NCBI GenBank assembly: GCA_040285745.1
Contig: JAUFOR010000003.1
Span: 1,240,001-1,304,000 of the forward strand
Origin: Barthelona sp. PCE
Lineage: Eukaryota
Direction: 5' to 3'
DNA length: 64,000 nt
The notes beneath the pieces are model-generated. The model worked only from the letters and a program-made list of their open reading frames with translations. It ran no database searches and was not told the DNA's origin. Positions 24,092 through 37,600 of this stretch are shown in pieces (position 1 is the first letter of the stretch; every line of letters starts with the position of its first letter). The translations under genes were made by a program, and so were the position numbers.

Positions 24092-25129
24092 TTACTGTTC
24101 CTTCTTGATCTCACTCATAATGTTTTCGCAAACATTTATGAAGGCACGCTGGGCAACACCTTCAGTGTTCACAAAGGTTGAACCGTTCTCACATGACATG
24201 GAAATGGTGGGGTTCAAGGGGATAGCACCGAGGTAAGGGATGTTATATTCCTCAGCCATACCCTCAGGACCTTTCCCGGATTTAGGGAAAATTTGATGAG
24301 TTTCTTCACAGTTGGGGCAAACAAAACCGCTCATGTTCTCAACAATACCGATGATGGGCAAGCCAGCACGACGACAGAAATCAATCTCCTTGCGAACGTC
24401 AGCCATTGCAACTTCTTGAGGTGTGGTAACAATAACAGCACCGTTGGCACCACATTCACGCAGGTAGTTGACGATAGTAAGATGCTCATCAGAGGTACCA
24501 GGAGGGGTGTCAATAACGAGTGCATCAGTGTTGCTCCAGTCAACGTCTGTTATAACTGATTTGATAAATCCACTTTTACGAGGACCACGCCAGATAATGG
24601 CAGAGTTTGTATCCTCAAGCATGAAGCCGATGGACATCACCTTTAGGTTCTCACTAACTTCAACTGGAACAGCTCCAAGTGCTGAAGGCATGACATCATG
24701 TCCAACTTTACCGACTAAACTGGGTAAACTAGGACCTGTAATGTCCACATCAAGGATACCTGTCTTTATCTTAAGAACATCAGCCAAATAATGAGCAAAA
24801 TGAACTGCTGTTGTACTTTTACCAACTCCACCTTTACCTGAGACAATTACGAATTTATACTCAATAGGGTCAAGCCTATTCTTAATGTGCTGAAGGGTTG
24901 GGTCGGGGCCAGAGTTCGAATTTGAGGGTTTCTTGCCGCATGTTGCAGCTGACGGGCAAGTTGAGCACGCAGAAGGCTTACATGATGAGCTTGGGGCAGC
25001 AGACGTTGCTGTACCAGAGGATTTAGCGCTAGAACAAGTAGATGCAGAAGGGCAACCAGCACATTTTGATGCGCTACATGAACCTGAAGGATGAACATGG
25101 GTTCCTGTGATGTGAGTGGGTTCAGACAT
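24092..25129 (-). CDS. NBP35: Cytosolic Fe-S cluster assembly scaffold Nbp35 (NUBP1; Mrp/NBP35 P-loop NTPase)
   Basis: SGKGGVGKST, DVDITGPS, IIWRGPRK, DTPPGTSDEH, TTPQEVAMADVRKEIDFC and ENMSGFVCPNC, plus a Cys-rich N-terminus. First ATG at 25129. Confidence 0.92.
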   Translation of the reverse strand: MSEPTHITGTHVHPSGSCSASKCAGCPSASTCSSAKSSGTATSAAPSSSCKPSACSTCPSAATCGKKPSNSNSGPDPTLQHIKNRLDPIEYKFVIVSGKGGVGKSTTAVHFAHYLADVLKIKTGILDVDITGPSLPSLVGKVGHDVMPSALGAVPVEVSENLKVMSIGFMLEDTNSAIIWRGPRKSGFIKSVITDVDWSNTDALVIDTPPGTSDEHLTIVNYLRECGANGAVIVTTPQEVAMADVRKEIDFCRRAGLPIIGIVENMSGFVCPNCEETHQIFPKSGKGPEGMAEEYNIPYLGAIPLNPTISMSCENGSTFVNTEGVAQRAFINVCENIMSEIKKEQ

Positions 25130-25654
25130 TCTAAAAGTAGTTTCCAATTATCTAAAAGGTTTAAAAAGAGGATGAAAATGTGTAACACAAGTTCTTTTCT
25201 CCTTTTTAGTGAAGAACACAGATAGACGACACCCATATTCGAAGAGAAACAATGTATGCCGTTTAATATTTCATTCAAAGGAATGTTTGTTGAGTATTGC
25301 AATGTAATTGAGTGTCAATCTATCAGGCTCAGAATTTTTCCATTCTTGATAAAAATTATCAAGAAAGAAGCTAAGCAGCTACGAATGCTTACTAAAGCTT
25401 GGAAAATAGCAACAAGCTCAACATTACTCAAACAAATTTTTTTACCAACACACTTACCTTTTTACAATTTTTTTTTATCTTGAAATAGTTCATGTGCTTA
25501 TATTTGGTGTTTGCTATCCGTCAAGATGAATATCCAATGCTAATTGAAATCAATCTTTTTTATCATTTAATCTAAGAATCATTCACATTGAAAACATTGT
25601 ATGTTATCATTTTAGTTTATAATCTGATTGCAAAGATCTTATTAGATTAAACAT

Positions 25655-28423
25655 TTATTGCATCAAAGCCACAAGTACTTCGGCATCAGCATCCACCAAG
25701 TAATCAAACGTACCTTCAGTATCAATCTGTTCCATAACTGTCAATACCACAGTTTCTTTATCCATCTCATTAATGGGATCACTCATGAATTCTGCATCGT
25801 GTTTTTCATCTTCTTCAAGTTCATGAAGAGCATTCATATCAAGAATAGCCATAATTTCAGCCATTTCATCTTGAATAAATCCATCATCTTCGATTTCCCA
25901 CTCTTCATCAATGTCCTTCGCTTCCTTTTCTTCGTTTTCCATCTGTTGTGACTTGAAATATTGAACACATTCATGCAAAAGGCGTGCTTCCAATGGACCT
26001 TCTTGTTTCAGCACTTTCTTGCCAGACTTCTTATCAACAGCGGGTGTGGTAAGCTCCTTAATATAGGCAATAAGCTCAACACAGCCCAACATGTTGCATT
26101 TATAGTCAAATAATGACACAGGTGTAGAAACTTCTCTTACAAGATCTTCAACCATTGATTCAATATGGTCACCGAATAAACTAGTCAGGATATCACCATC
26201 TAACAAAAGAGCTAATCGGGAAAAACATGTTATAAAAGGCAAACGCAATGACATACGTTCAGAAAAGAAACATTCAAGGAATACCTCTCCAAACCATTCT
26301 TCATGGATCAAACGCTGCTTCTCATCGTTCTTGAGAATAGTAATGATGACGTATCCTAGAGAAATTTTGAATTCAGGTGATGGTTTTGAGAAAACATGTT
26401 GTATTCCTTCAATGATGCTATCCCAATGCTCATCTGTAAAATGCTCGCCAAAAAGACGAACAAAATGACGAAGAGCTCCAACTGCGCTTGTGATAATCAG
26501 GCTACACTCGGATACTTCAAGTACTGCAAGTATCGGGCTAAAGACACCCATCAAATCCATTACCTCGTCAGCAGTACTACAAGGACTGAGCATACTCACC
26601 ACAAAGTCAACATATCTCTCTAGGTCTTCATCCGGTTCTGGACAGACTGCTTCACTTAATTGTTCGGTAATAAGGGGTGCTAATAATTTGAACAATGTTG
26701 GACGCACTGTTTTTTGTGTAGAAAGTATCACTATACAGTCAAGAATAGCCATACCAACAAGATCAAATGATTGTTTGTGTTCCAACATATCAAAAAGTAA
26801 AGTTAAAATACCTTCTATAATAGTATCTGTTTCTTCTTCTCCAAAAGGCCAGTCTTTGGGAATAATTGATGTGAGCGCATCAACATAAAGAGAGGCGCTG
26901 TCGGTACCCACGCTGTCCTTTGCACTATCCAACCAAGCAGTGATAAATTTCGGAAAGAGTGAATTCATATCTGTGCCTTCTGTACCAGCAATTCTAATAG
27001 CTTCAAATAATAATTGGTAATAAGAGGCATCGTCGAATAAATCACTGAGCATTTCAATAAATGAAGGAACAAATTCATCGAAAATTGATGAAAACTGTGC
27101 ATAAGTGATTAACAAACGACAACGTGCCCAAATAGATAAATTCTCTGCAGAAAAAGCATTAACAAACATATTCATAAACACTTCTCCATCAAATTCATCG
27201 TTATACATATTATCTTGAACACTATCATTTAAAAAACGTAATAAATAAAAAAGAGTTTCGAAATAGTCAGATTCATCTCTTTCTTGCAATGGAAAATGCT
27301 CTGACATGGCTGCTTCAAGCATAGAAACGTCTTCAAAAAGCATTTGTATCAGATTATTAAATAATACTAAGAACGTTGTAGGTACTGAATCAAAAAGTGT
27401 TACCCAAAAACCACTCATCGACATTCGTAAATCATCTGAATAATCCTCTGAACCAGCTTGTATGAATGCTGTTGTGTCTTCTTGCCAATCTTCAAGATGC
27501 TCCTTTGTAGGTGCGCTTAAATAAAATGATAGATAAAATAATGTTTCCGCATATGATTTCAACATGTGTCTGATCTTCGGGAATGTCACAACTAAAACAA
27601 AGAAGTTCCAAAATGCTTGACATTGATCATCACTAAGTTCAAAATAATGATTTTTCAACAATTCAAACATTGGTTCAACTAAAGGTTCTATTACTTCATA
27701 TTCTGATACTGTAGAAGTGATAACACCACACAATTTAACCAAATTGTTCAGATCAAAGTAATCAAAAATTAGATACTGTGCAAGTTCAGTACAAAAATCC
27801 ACTGAAAGAGTGTACATGTGTGTAACAACAGTACTAAGCGTACTCATTGCTTCTGTACATGTTTCTTCAATTGCAACGTAAGGTAGACACATGTTAAGAT
27901 AACCAGTGCCAATTTCAGAAAAAACTTTAATGTCATAAGCATACACACACTCCTTTAAAGCAGATAAACCACCAAAAACTTGACTAATATCATCACTTTG
28001 AAGTAAGATAGTAATCTTCTCCATAATGTCATTGAGGGTATCGATGCTATCATTTGAGACAACACGATGTAGACAGTCACTAGCCTTAGCACGAATACGC
28101 TTATCATCATCACATAGGGATGAGAAAAGTGCAGTGATAATACTCTCTCTCAATTCATCTGACACCGGCTCATAGTCTGAACCCTTTGATACCTTCCAAT
28201 GAGCACTGATAACAGTAGAAATTTGAGAATATGCAAACAGGTGAAAGTCTACCTCAAAATCTTCGCTTCCAATGATCATAAAGAGGGTCTTGATGTATTC
28301 ATTAAGTTCTGTATCTCTAAATTCAAGAGTCAATTCCTCAAGCATTCCCATTGCTTCATCAGTTCCCGCATCAAATGCCTGTTCGTATGCCCCGTACACT
28401 TGTTCTGTGATTCTATCGCTCAT
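25655..28423 (-). CDS. Importin-beta family HEAT-repeat karyopherin, importin-9/Kap114-like
   Basis: IBN_N-like start (ISAHWK...LRESIITALFSSLCDDDKRIRAKASDCL), acidic helical repeats, and an acidic C-terminal loop ending DAEFMSDPINEMD as in IPO9. Confidence 0.65.
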   Translation of the reverse strand: MSDRITEQVYGAYEQAFDAGTDEAMGMLEELTLEFRDTELNEYIKTLFMIIGSEDFEVDFHLFAYSQISTVISAHWKVSKGSDYEPVSDELRESIITALFSSLCDDDKRIRAKASDCLHRVVSNDSIDTLNDIMEKITILLQSDDISQVFGGLSALKECVYAYDIKVFSEIGTGYLNMCLPYVAIEETCTEAMSTLSTVVTHMYTLSVDFCTELAQYLIFDYFDLNNLVKLCGVITSTVSEYEVIEPLVEPMFELLKNHYFELSDDQCQAFWNFFVLVVTFPKIRHMLKSYAETLFYLSFYLSAPTKEHLEDWQEDTTAFIQAGSEDYSDDLRMSMSGFWVTLFDSVPTTFLVLFNNLIQMLFEDVSMLEAAMSEHFPLQERDESDYFETLFYLLRFLNDSVQDNMYNDEFDGEVFMNMFVNAFSAENLSIWARCRLLITYAQFSSIFDEFVPSFIEMLSDLFDDASYYQLLFEAIRIAGTEGTDMNSLFPKFITAWLDSAKDSVGTDSASLYVDALTSIIPKDWPFGEEETDTIIEGILTLLFDMLEHKQSFDLVGMAILDCIVILSTQKTVRPTLFKLLAPLITEQLSEAVCPEPDEDLERYVDFVVSMLSPCSTADEVMDLMGVFSPILAVLEVSECSLIITSAVGALRHFVRLFGEHFTDEHWDSIIEGIQHVFSKPSPEFKISLGYVIITILKNDEKQRLIHEEWFGEVFLECFFSERMSLRLPFITCFSRLALLLDGDILTSLFGDHIESMVEDLVREVSTPVSLFDYKCNMLGCVELIAYIKELTTPAVDKKSGKKVLKQEGPLEARLLHECVQYFKSQQMENEEKEAKDIDEEWEIEDDGFIQDEMAEIMAILDMNALHELEEDEKHDAEFMSDPINEMDKETVVLTVMEQIDTEGTFDYLVDADAEVLVALMQ

Positions 28424-28636
28424 ATCACCAAATATGCGAAGCAAAAAATGTAAGAAAGAGGATATAAATGGGTTTAGAGGTTACCAAAAGGGCGAACTTA
28501 TTTCGGGTTGCGCGTTGAGGTGTTATTTCTATGTTGACGGTGGGAGAGATTCAAGCAAGTCCTCAAAATTTGTTTGTACATTTATTTCCTTTTTTCTTCA
28601 AACTCCTGTATTTTTGACTTTGAATAGAGTTATTCA

Positions 28637-31600
28637 ATGTCTGAAGCCAGCTTTTCAAATCGTTTGTATGCACAGAATTCCGTGAAAAAGACGGCTGCTT
28701 CAAAAAAAACTGGATTGCGTATGTTAACGAGGTCAGAGAGACAAGAGCGCTCGAAACTCATGAAGACCAGGCCAGCTTCCGCATCCAGGCCAGGTTCTAG
28801 GAAATCAACAAGACGAGTTTCAACCACAGATGAAAACTATTCGCCTAAAGAGGAAAACATGTCTGTTGAATCTTCTACAACAGCTATCCAGTGCCCCCAA
28901 GACTACCTTCAGCAACTGGAAGATGAGGACGGGTTCCTTTACCTCACATCCACAGAGGAAGGATTTTATGAGCTTAAAGTTCTCAGCACAACCCCCAAAA
29001 CATATCCATTCTGGACAGTCTCCCGCAATGGTTTCACTTACAACGCGTCAGAGACTACTGTTGATTTTTGGACAACAAAGAATTTCTTTAAGGAACAGAA
29101 ACTCACCAAAAATTTAATGAGACTGAAATTCTTCAAGCTCTTTGTTCTCCGTAAGAACTTCCAGATCTGGAGAAAGTTTATTAGGAACAGAAAAATGACT
29201 TTTGCTATTAAGAAGTTCAACACTTCCATTCGTAGCATTCCGTATCTTCTTCAAACACTTGAGCAGATTAAGTTGTTGTTGCATAATAACTTCTACTCTT
29301 TGGATTGGCCCAATCTTAAAGATTATTATTTCTTAAACGATTTCTGTGGTAACTTAAAAGATTTCCAACAGATTATGCAAGAAAATTTCTTAAATACATT
29401 CAGAGATATTAAGGAGTTAGTTCTTACAGCATGTCAGATACATTTCAAGACTGAAATGGCAAAGAACATGACGCAAACAGCAACCGTCAATACAGTTAAC
29501 AAGAGGTCTCTTGATCTCAACGATGAAGACGATAATAGGCCACGTCACCTCTCGTACCAGGAGCTGGCTAAACAAAAGAGTATCTCAAAGAACCTCATGG
29601 GTTTCCTCGTCCTTATCGACCTCATGGTTTTTGAGTTCTTGCGTTGTAAGATCCTTGATATGACACGTTTCTTACTCGCTTTCATCATGGGCATCTCTTG
29701 TAATGAGCGCTGCAATATCATTGATGAGTCACAAGCTGATGAACACCTCGCCCCTATGTATCATGGTGATTATCAGCTGTTTATGCCATTCAAATCCCGC
29801 ACTGATCTCATCGTGGATGAATCCGAGGACGTGAAGGCGGGTATCGGACTATCCCTTCAATTGACAGTCGAGTCTCTTTCCGTAAACCCTTCCATGCGTG
29901 ATTTCGTGGAATCTCTTGGTTCCATCCTCAGTGATTTCCGTAAACTCGCCTCATGTTACACCCGTCTTGTACTGGATCCAGATTTTGGATCAATAATTGA
30001 GAAGGCTGGAGTCACAACAGGAGCATTTGAGAATACACTAAGTGTTATCAACGGTATGATCAGAGAAGATCAATGGTACCGTAATGTTGTATCACAGATC
30101 AAAACTATTGTCCGCGATAACTATGTTCTTGTCAAGCAGTATCTGGCAAAGTATAATTCATATCAGACTATTTTAGCTAACAACAAGGATTGGGTAATTC
30201 GTGAGGATGAATCAGTGGATTGGTATCGTAGTTGTATCGAAAAGTTTACCGAGGATCGTAAGATGATCGAGGAAGTGCCGGCTTTCAAGATTGTTGGAGA
30301 ATTATTTAAGTTGGACTTTGAATACATGGTTGCCACACTTCGCCCTATAATTGAACGTAATCTTGATAGCATCTATGCATTATTACCTAAGATTTTGAAG
30401 GCCAAGAGTGAGGCACTCATTGACACATACAAGGGATACAACAAGCAGTTGCTTAACGATATTAACACAGTTGAGCAGTTCTACAACGCACGTCAGTTAC
30501 TTGACTATCTGGAGGAGAGTGAATCCAAGAACCTCGAGAAAGAAGAGCGCTATGTACGTAACATTCATGAAGTCCTTGAAGACTATGGACCTGAATATCT
30601 AGGTGATCTTGAGAGTGCAATTTTCAAGAACCTTAACTTTGAGAGTGAGAACTTTATTAGATCTAGTGAGAAGTTGGAGAATTATCTTGAAGATCGCTTT
30701 ACTTTCTTCCAAAAGAAACACTTTAACAACGTCAAGGTCTTCAAGGAGAGTCTCAGTGCTCTAATTGAGGAGATCCAGGATAGCGCCTTTTACCAATGGG
30801 ATTCTTCCATTAACCTTGGCCTCCCTGATCCGACAGCGACACCTCAGGACATCACTCGCATGAATACAACATCTGATAATGTCCGTCGTCTTATCTCTCG
30901 TACGAGTTCTCTTAAGAAGGACATTACAAAGCATCTATCCACACGTGATCAGTTCATTGATTATTCAAAGATACTTGATCCTTCTGAACGTATTAATTTG
31001 GATGATATTCTTGCCCTATCTAAGGAAATCACAGCAAAGAACTTGCTCTGGGAATCTATTGAGGATTTCAGAGTTTATCTCATTAACATGTGCTGTGTAC
31101 CTTTCACAAAGATCAATTTGAAGGAACTTAAGGATGAAATTGCAAAGTATGAAGACATATACACGCAAATCATCACAACAATAGGTGAGAACAATGTTAT
31201 TACAGAGTTTAAAAAACAAGTCGAACTCGGTGGCGTTGCACCTCATTTGGTTGAGATCTTTACTTCTCCTTCTTTGCAGGATCGTCACTTTATCACAATT
31301 GAAAAACTACTCACAAACACAAAGTTGCCCCCAGACAATCAACTAACCCTCAGCTGGTGTCTCACCAATGGTGTTAATCATTTACTTGAGAAACTGAAAG
31401 CTATCAACGATCAAGCAATCATCGAGTCTGATCTTGAGAAGGAGCTCGAGAACATTGAAGTCCAATGGACAGAGATTAACGTTTCTATGGTTAATGACAG
31501 TGATAAAGACCTCTATATTGTTGGTGATATCACTCGTGTTCTTGAAACGATTGATAATCATCTTGCCATTTTGCAAAGACTCAAACAGAATCCGTTCGTC

Positions 31601-34600
31601 GCTGCTATTGAACAGCGTTTGGGTGAGTGGATCCAACGTATCAACCAGATTGCTACATCTCTTGATATCTTCCTACAGGTTCAAAAAGATTGGTTGTATT
31701 TCTTTGCTGTTTTTAATGAAACAGATGTTCCTAAACTACTTTCTGATGTTGCTCCCGTCTATAACTTTGTTGATCGTGGTATGAAGGAACTCTGCGAGAA
31801 CCTTCGTGTCAACCCGAATGTGTTAGCTTCCTTTAGTCGTCCTAACTCACTTGAGAATCTACGTAAGTTCAAGGATAAACTCGCTGTCATCCGTGACCGT
31901 CTCAACAACTTTATTAAACGCAGAAAGCATAACTTTAAGCGACTCTTGCTCTTGCCCGATTCTCATATCCTAGATTTATTTGTTTCCACTGGTAAGAAAG
32001 CATTTGTCACAGAAACTGCCCCACTGATGACTACTGGTCCGACAGCTTCTGCTGCTGCACGCCCCTTCTCTGGTTTGCAGTACGCTCAGGTGAAACTTGG
32101 TAGTGCATCACATAAGATTCCCAAATACGTTGATCGTGATTATCCCACCTTCAAATCTATCTTTAACTTTGATCAGCTTCGCATTTCTGTTGCTAATGAA
32201 GAAGAAAAAATCATTGGTGGAGAGATTATTGGCGTTCAAGATAAGTATACATCTCTTCAACTTGAAGGATTTAAACCTCGTGGTACACTTGATACTTGGT
32301 TGGATGCACTCCAGGATCAAATTTCTTTCGCACTTAAGAAGAACGTTATCGTGGGATTACAAAAATATTTTACCATGGATCTTCCCACACGTGTTACTAA
32401 GATGCTTCCTCAAGTTCATATGTTAGTCGAAGAGCTTCACTTTAGCAAACGTATTGAGGATATTATTAACGGTAGTGATATGCTACGCGAGCTTCCTGCG
32501 CTTCATACCATGTTACAAACTCGTATCCGTGATTTGAGTGACTACTTTGCCAAATCACTAACAAAGGAGAAGTTTTATCGATTCTCCAATTGTCTCGTAT
32601 TGTTACAGAGGCATGTGCAGGTTGTCGAAGGGCTCATTAGAGCTAAGGACATTGCTGACACACGTTGGAAGGAATCCCTGCATTTTATCACCAACGTTGA
32701 TCTCAACATCGATGAAACAGCAAACATCAACGATATGGCAGAGTCTTTGAGAATTCAATTAGTGTACAAGAACCGTGCATTCGACTACAGCTTCGAGTTT
32801 ATGGGACTTGAACTTAATCCTGTCTTCTCTCCTGAAGCTGTGCAAGCTCTTAAGGACTTGCTTGAAAACCCCAGTAATCTTGTTCTTCTCAAGAGCAACG
32901 AGCATGGAACTGGTAAATTGAGTGTTATCCAGATGCTCAGTATCATGTTAGGTCGTTTTTCAGTATTTGTAGATGGACAACCTGACGAATCAGTTGACCC
33001 TTCCCATATTTTCGATATTCTTCGTTGTGGTGTCGAATGTGGTATCATCTGCGGTATCAAGGACGCCAATCGGTTCTCCTCTGAGTTCTTCACACGTGTC
33101 TTTGATTTTGTTAAGTCGTCAATCTCGACCATCAACAACGCCCAGTCGAGATATTTTGTCAGTTCTGAATTTTCGGATGAATTCAATAGAGTTGATGTAT
33201 TTGATTCATCATTCATTTGTATGACTAGTTGTAATCTATCTCAAGAACATATATCTATTGAAAGCGAGGATTGTCCGTATACAACCGTCATTGATTATTA
33301 TTTAGATAGTGTTGAGTATATCACATCTATTTGGCTCGAGATTATGGGCTTCCAACGTATTTCTGAGCTCGCTGAGAATATTGCTACTCTTTCTATGTAT
33401 GCTACCAATGTTTTAGGTTCAGTTAACGATTTCACACGTGAAATTGATGTCTTTGAGCACAGTCTTCCTGAGAAGAAGTTCTTCTTTGGCCTTCCTGTCA
33501 TTTTGCGTTGGGTTAAGCATGCTTCTATCTTGCATACCATTGAACCTGATGCCTCCGAGGATCAAATCATTGTCAAAGCGATCATTTCATTAGAATCACC
33601 CAAGTTCAGCAATGAACAAGAGAGTGAAGAATTTTATGATTTGGTTGAGAAGATCTTCAGCGCTAAGGATGAAGAGTTCATCGATGAAGCAGGTATTTAC
33701 ACCAATCGTCCTCCACTTCCAAGTTCACAGCGTATGGAGCGAACTACCAGCCAGGGCATTTTGGGCAAGGAAGTGGATGAAGAAGAATCCTTGGTCGGTA
33801 TCGTCATTGATGATATTTCTGCCGCCCAGGAATCATCCATTGAACAAGTTCGTCTTCTCATAGAAACACAAAGCGGTTGCTTACCGATTCCTGAACAGAT
33901 TCAAAAGGTCGTTGAACTCACGCTCATCTTGGATTCAACTGATAGCGTTCTGCTTATTGGTGACCAAGACAGTGGCAAGACAACTGTTCTCCACCTCACT
34001 GCTGATCACTACATGACACTGCACCCAGATAGAAGCGTAAAGGTCGTCACAATGACCCCCTCAGCTCAGCCAGATGAGCTAGATATGATTGTAGAGTTGC
34101 TGCGTAACCCAAAGACTACCCATGAGGACGGTCTTGTTATTGACAATGAGTCTGAAGTATGGCTTCATCTCAACGGTGTTCCCAACTTCTCTTCATCATT
34201 ACTGCATCTGCTCAAGGGTTTCCCTAACGTTAAGCTTATTCTTGAGGTTGATTCTCTTCAAATGGTTGATCCAAAGGTGATTAGCAAGTGTCAGGTAATT
34301 GCTATCTCCAACTGCATCACTTGGATGCATGTTTTGCAGACACGAGTTGCACGTCTAATTAGCAGCGGATACCCAGAGATTGTGTGCACAGCTTTGATTG
34401 ATAATCTTGAGCCTGCAGTGCCCAAGGTGCTCCAGTTCCTGGAGAACTACGACTTGGTACTTGGAAGACAAAAGATCATGATTGACAGCACGTTCTACAT
34501 GTTTGAGGTGCTGTTTGAGGTTATTATCTCACAAACCATTGCCATGTCTAAGAAGAAAGAACAAACTGTGCTTGAATATCTGGAGCATCAAGCCGATACA

Positions 34601-37600
34601 CGTCCCAAGGATTTGAAACAGCTCGTTATGAAGGTGCTTTCTTTTGCAATCACTTGGTGCTTTGCTGGTCAGCTCAGCGTCGATGAGAGGCATAAGTTCG
34701 ATACGTTCCTTCGTAAGGAGCTCAGTTATCTCAACTTTGCTCTCGGCATCACTTGTTTCGATTGGTATTTTGATGTCGAATCACAAACTGCTCTTGAGTG
34801 GCGCCTTGATCCCGTCATCCTTACCATGCCCCATAACGGTAAGACTTTTATCATCCACGATGAGGCACGTAAGTTTTTGTATATCTCACTTCTGTTTGCC
34901 TTTACTGGACAGAATATTCTTGTCTATAACGATCGTTTCAGCGGTGTTTCTTCTATTATTGAGGTCTTACAGTACTTGTTAGCTCATCCCATTGAAATTA
35001 GCAAATATATTCCTGCCCCTCTTCCCGACTTTGGTTCTTTGAACTTCAGTACACAGTATTATGCTGCTGACAACCACACGACGTTCGATAACATGCTGGC
35101 CAGGATTGAAAAGGACTATGATTTCCGCGTAAAGGTACTCAAGCCGTTACAGGAGGATACTGTTGGTTTCTGTGTGATTGAGAACTTGGAGAGTTGGGTG
35201 GATACCCAGTCAATTGACTATGTAGGCTCTGTTGTTTCAAACAACCAGTACTATAAGCAGTCAAAGCTTATTGACGTTGAAATGTTCCAGTTCTTTATGA
35301 GTTGTTCCAACACAATTGACATGCATCAGTTACCTTGGTCTCTTAAGAAGGCCAACACAATCCTTCAATTCAATGAGTATTCAACATCATCACTGACGGA
35401 GATGTTTAACAGTTATTGTCTTCGTCGTCTTGAAGATATCGAAATGACACGTGAAATTGAAACGGTGCTCAAGGAGTCTGTTGTTGAGACACTTCTCTCT
35501 CTGTTCACAGTCATTCCTGAGGAACTTCCAATTGATCATTATTACATTAACTATGTGTTTAATAGCAATGGTATTAGCGAAGTCCTTGATTTCTTCTGTC
35601 GTAAAATGCGCAAAGCTGCAACCATTGATCCAAATAACCTGATTGACTTTATCAGACCCGTTTTTGAGTGGTCCATCAACACTTATCTTGATCGTCTGTC
35701 ATTACTAATTGATTCCAATGATACTGAGATGCGTCAACTCCTTAAGACTAAATTGGATGAAGAAATGAGCGCTCGTTTCAACCTTTCTCCTTCTGATGTC
35801 GATGTTAATGATCAGTTCATTAGTCCACATCTCTTTGAATTTGAGACTTGGGAGGAGCGTCCTGAGCAATTTGATTTATACGAAGATCTGAAACCACGAA
35901 TCGCACGTCTCGCTGATGTGATGACACAGAAGGGTGGTAACGTTCACTGTTCCCTTATTGGGCCTCGTGCTGTCGGAAAAAAGACTACACTCAAGTATGT
36001 TTGCCATAAGAGCAATATTGCCTACTTTGATCTTTCATCAGAACGCAATGCAACAACTATCATTCAAGAAGCCGTTGTACATGTTACAAACACAATGGAA
36101 AACAGTGTTCTTGTCATTGACAACGCACTTCTTGATGACGAAATTTTGACTCTTGTTCTTAATGTTATCCGTGGTCATGCTAAGAGAGTTGTCAACCAAC
36201 TTTGGCGCACTCCCGAAGAAATTGCTGGTCTCTTTAGCAATCTGCAGTCTGTTGCAAAGAAAAAGAATCGTTCGGATACTGACAGTGCTCTTTGGGGACA
36301 ATTGTTAAGTCAAATCACCCAATCTCTTCATATTTGTCTGTTATTCACACCCCAGGACTTCTTCAACCGCATTGATGTGTGTCCGGATTTATGCAGCAAG
36401 ACAGTCTCCATCGTTGTTGCCAAATGGCCTGAGTATGTCTTCCGCAACAAGGCTCAGGATGTTATCAAAGAAATTGGACTTGATAGTGATGTTGATCTTA
36501 TTGAGATATTCAAACGTACTGAATTAGAGCCAGAAAGCAACCCTGTCGTTTTCCTCAATTGGCTTAATTCATACAAGGAACTGTACCTCAGTCGTTCTTC
36601 AGACATTGCTTCAAATATTGAAGCACGAATCAAAGCTGTTGAGTCGGTCAAAACTATCAGCTCGATTATCGTTTCTTACCAGGAGCAGTTGAAGAATACT
36701 GAGACTAGCATATCTGATATGGCGTCCAAATCAGACTCATTGATCATGGAGCTCGCACGTAAACAGAAGCAGCTTGATATGCTCAAGAACGGTCTTGAAG
36801 ATGTGAACGATCGTATCAAGACGGTGTTGGAGAAGATGAACCAGAAGCAGGCTGAAATTGCCGCAGAACTGTCTGATCACACTGATGCACTCAAGGCACT
36901 TCAACAGCAAATCGCAGGAGGTAACTTCTTCTCACAATTTGTGGAGGAGTTCTCATCAGACACTTTTAATCAGGTTCAGAAGGTTGTTCTCAATTGTTTC
37001 TCAACGCTGCCACCGGACCTCACAGTCCAACGTATCAAAGATGATTGGCCAACATTCATTGTGTTGTTTGATGATTTTGATAGTGCATTCTGGAGTGAGA
37101 GCGTATCTCGATTCAAGTCTCATGACACCGAATCTCTACGAGCAAATCACCCGTTCTCATCTATCGTGCTCATGTGGATGAAGCATATCACCAACTACTG
37201 GAACGGTCGTGAATCTTTGAAGGATGAGCGCGCCATGGTTGACGATCAGAAAAAGATGCTTGAAGGTCTTAAAACAGATCTAACAACAAAGTTAGACGAA
37301 AAGGACGTTCAGACAGACGATCTGAATGTTGTTAAGACCCAGTTTGAACAAATTAGTAACGAGAAAGCTACTCTCGCAACAGATCGCTCTAAGTGGTCGG
37401 CTTACGTTGATTTAGGTGAACAGCTTATTTCAAAGACAGCGGCGTCACTGAACGTCTGGTCTGATGAAGCTGAACGTTTGAAGGAAGAATACGCTGAGCT
37501 GTACAAGCACATATATGGTATTCCTAGTTCTGATGTCAACTCTGGATTTATTAAGTTCAAGTTGCCCAGTACACCACTCATCACACAGATCAATAGCGTT

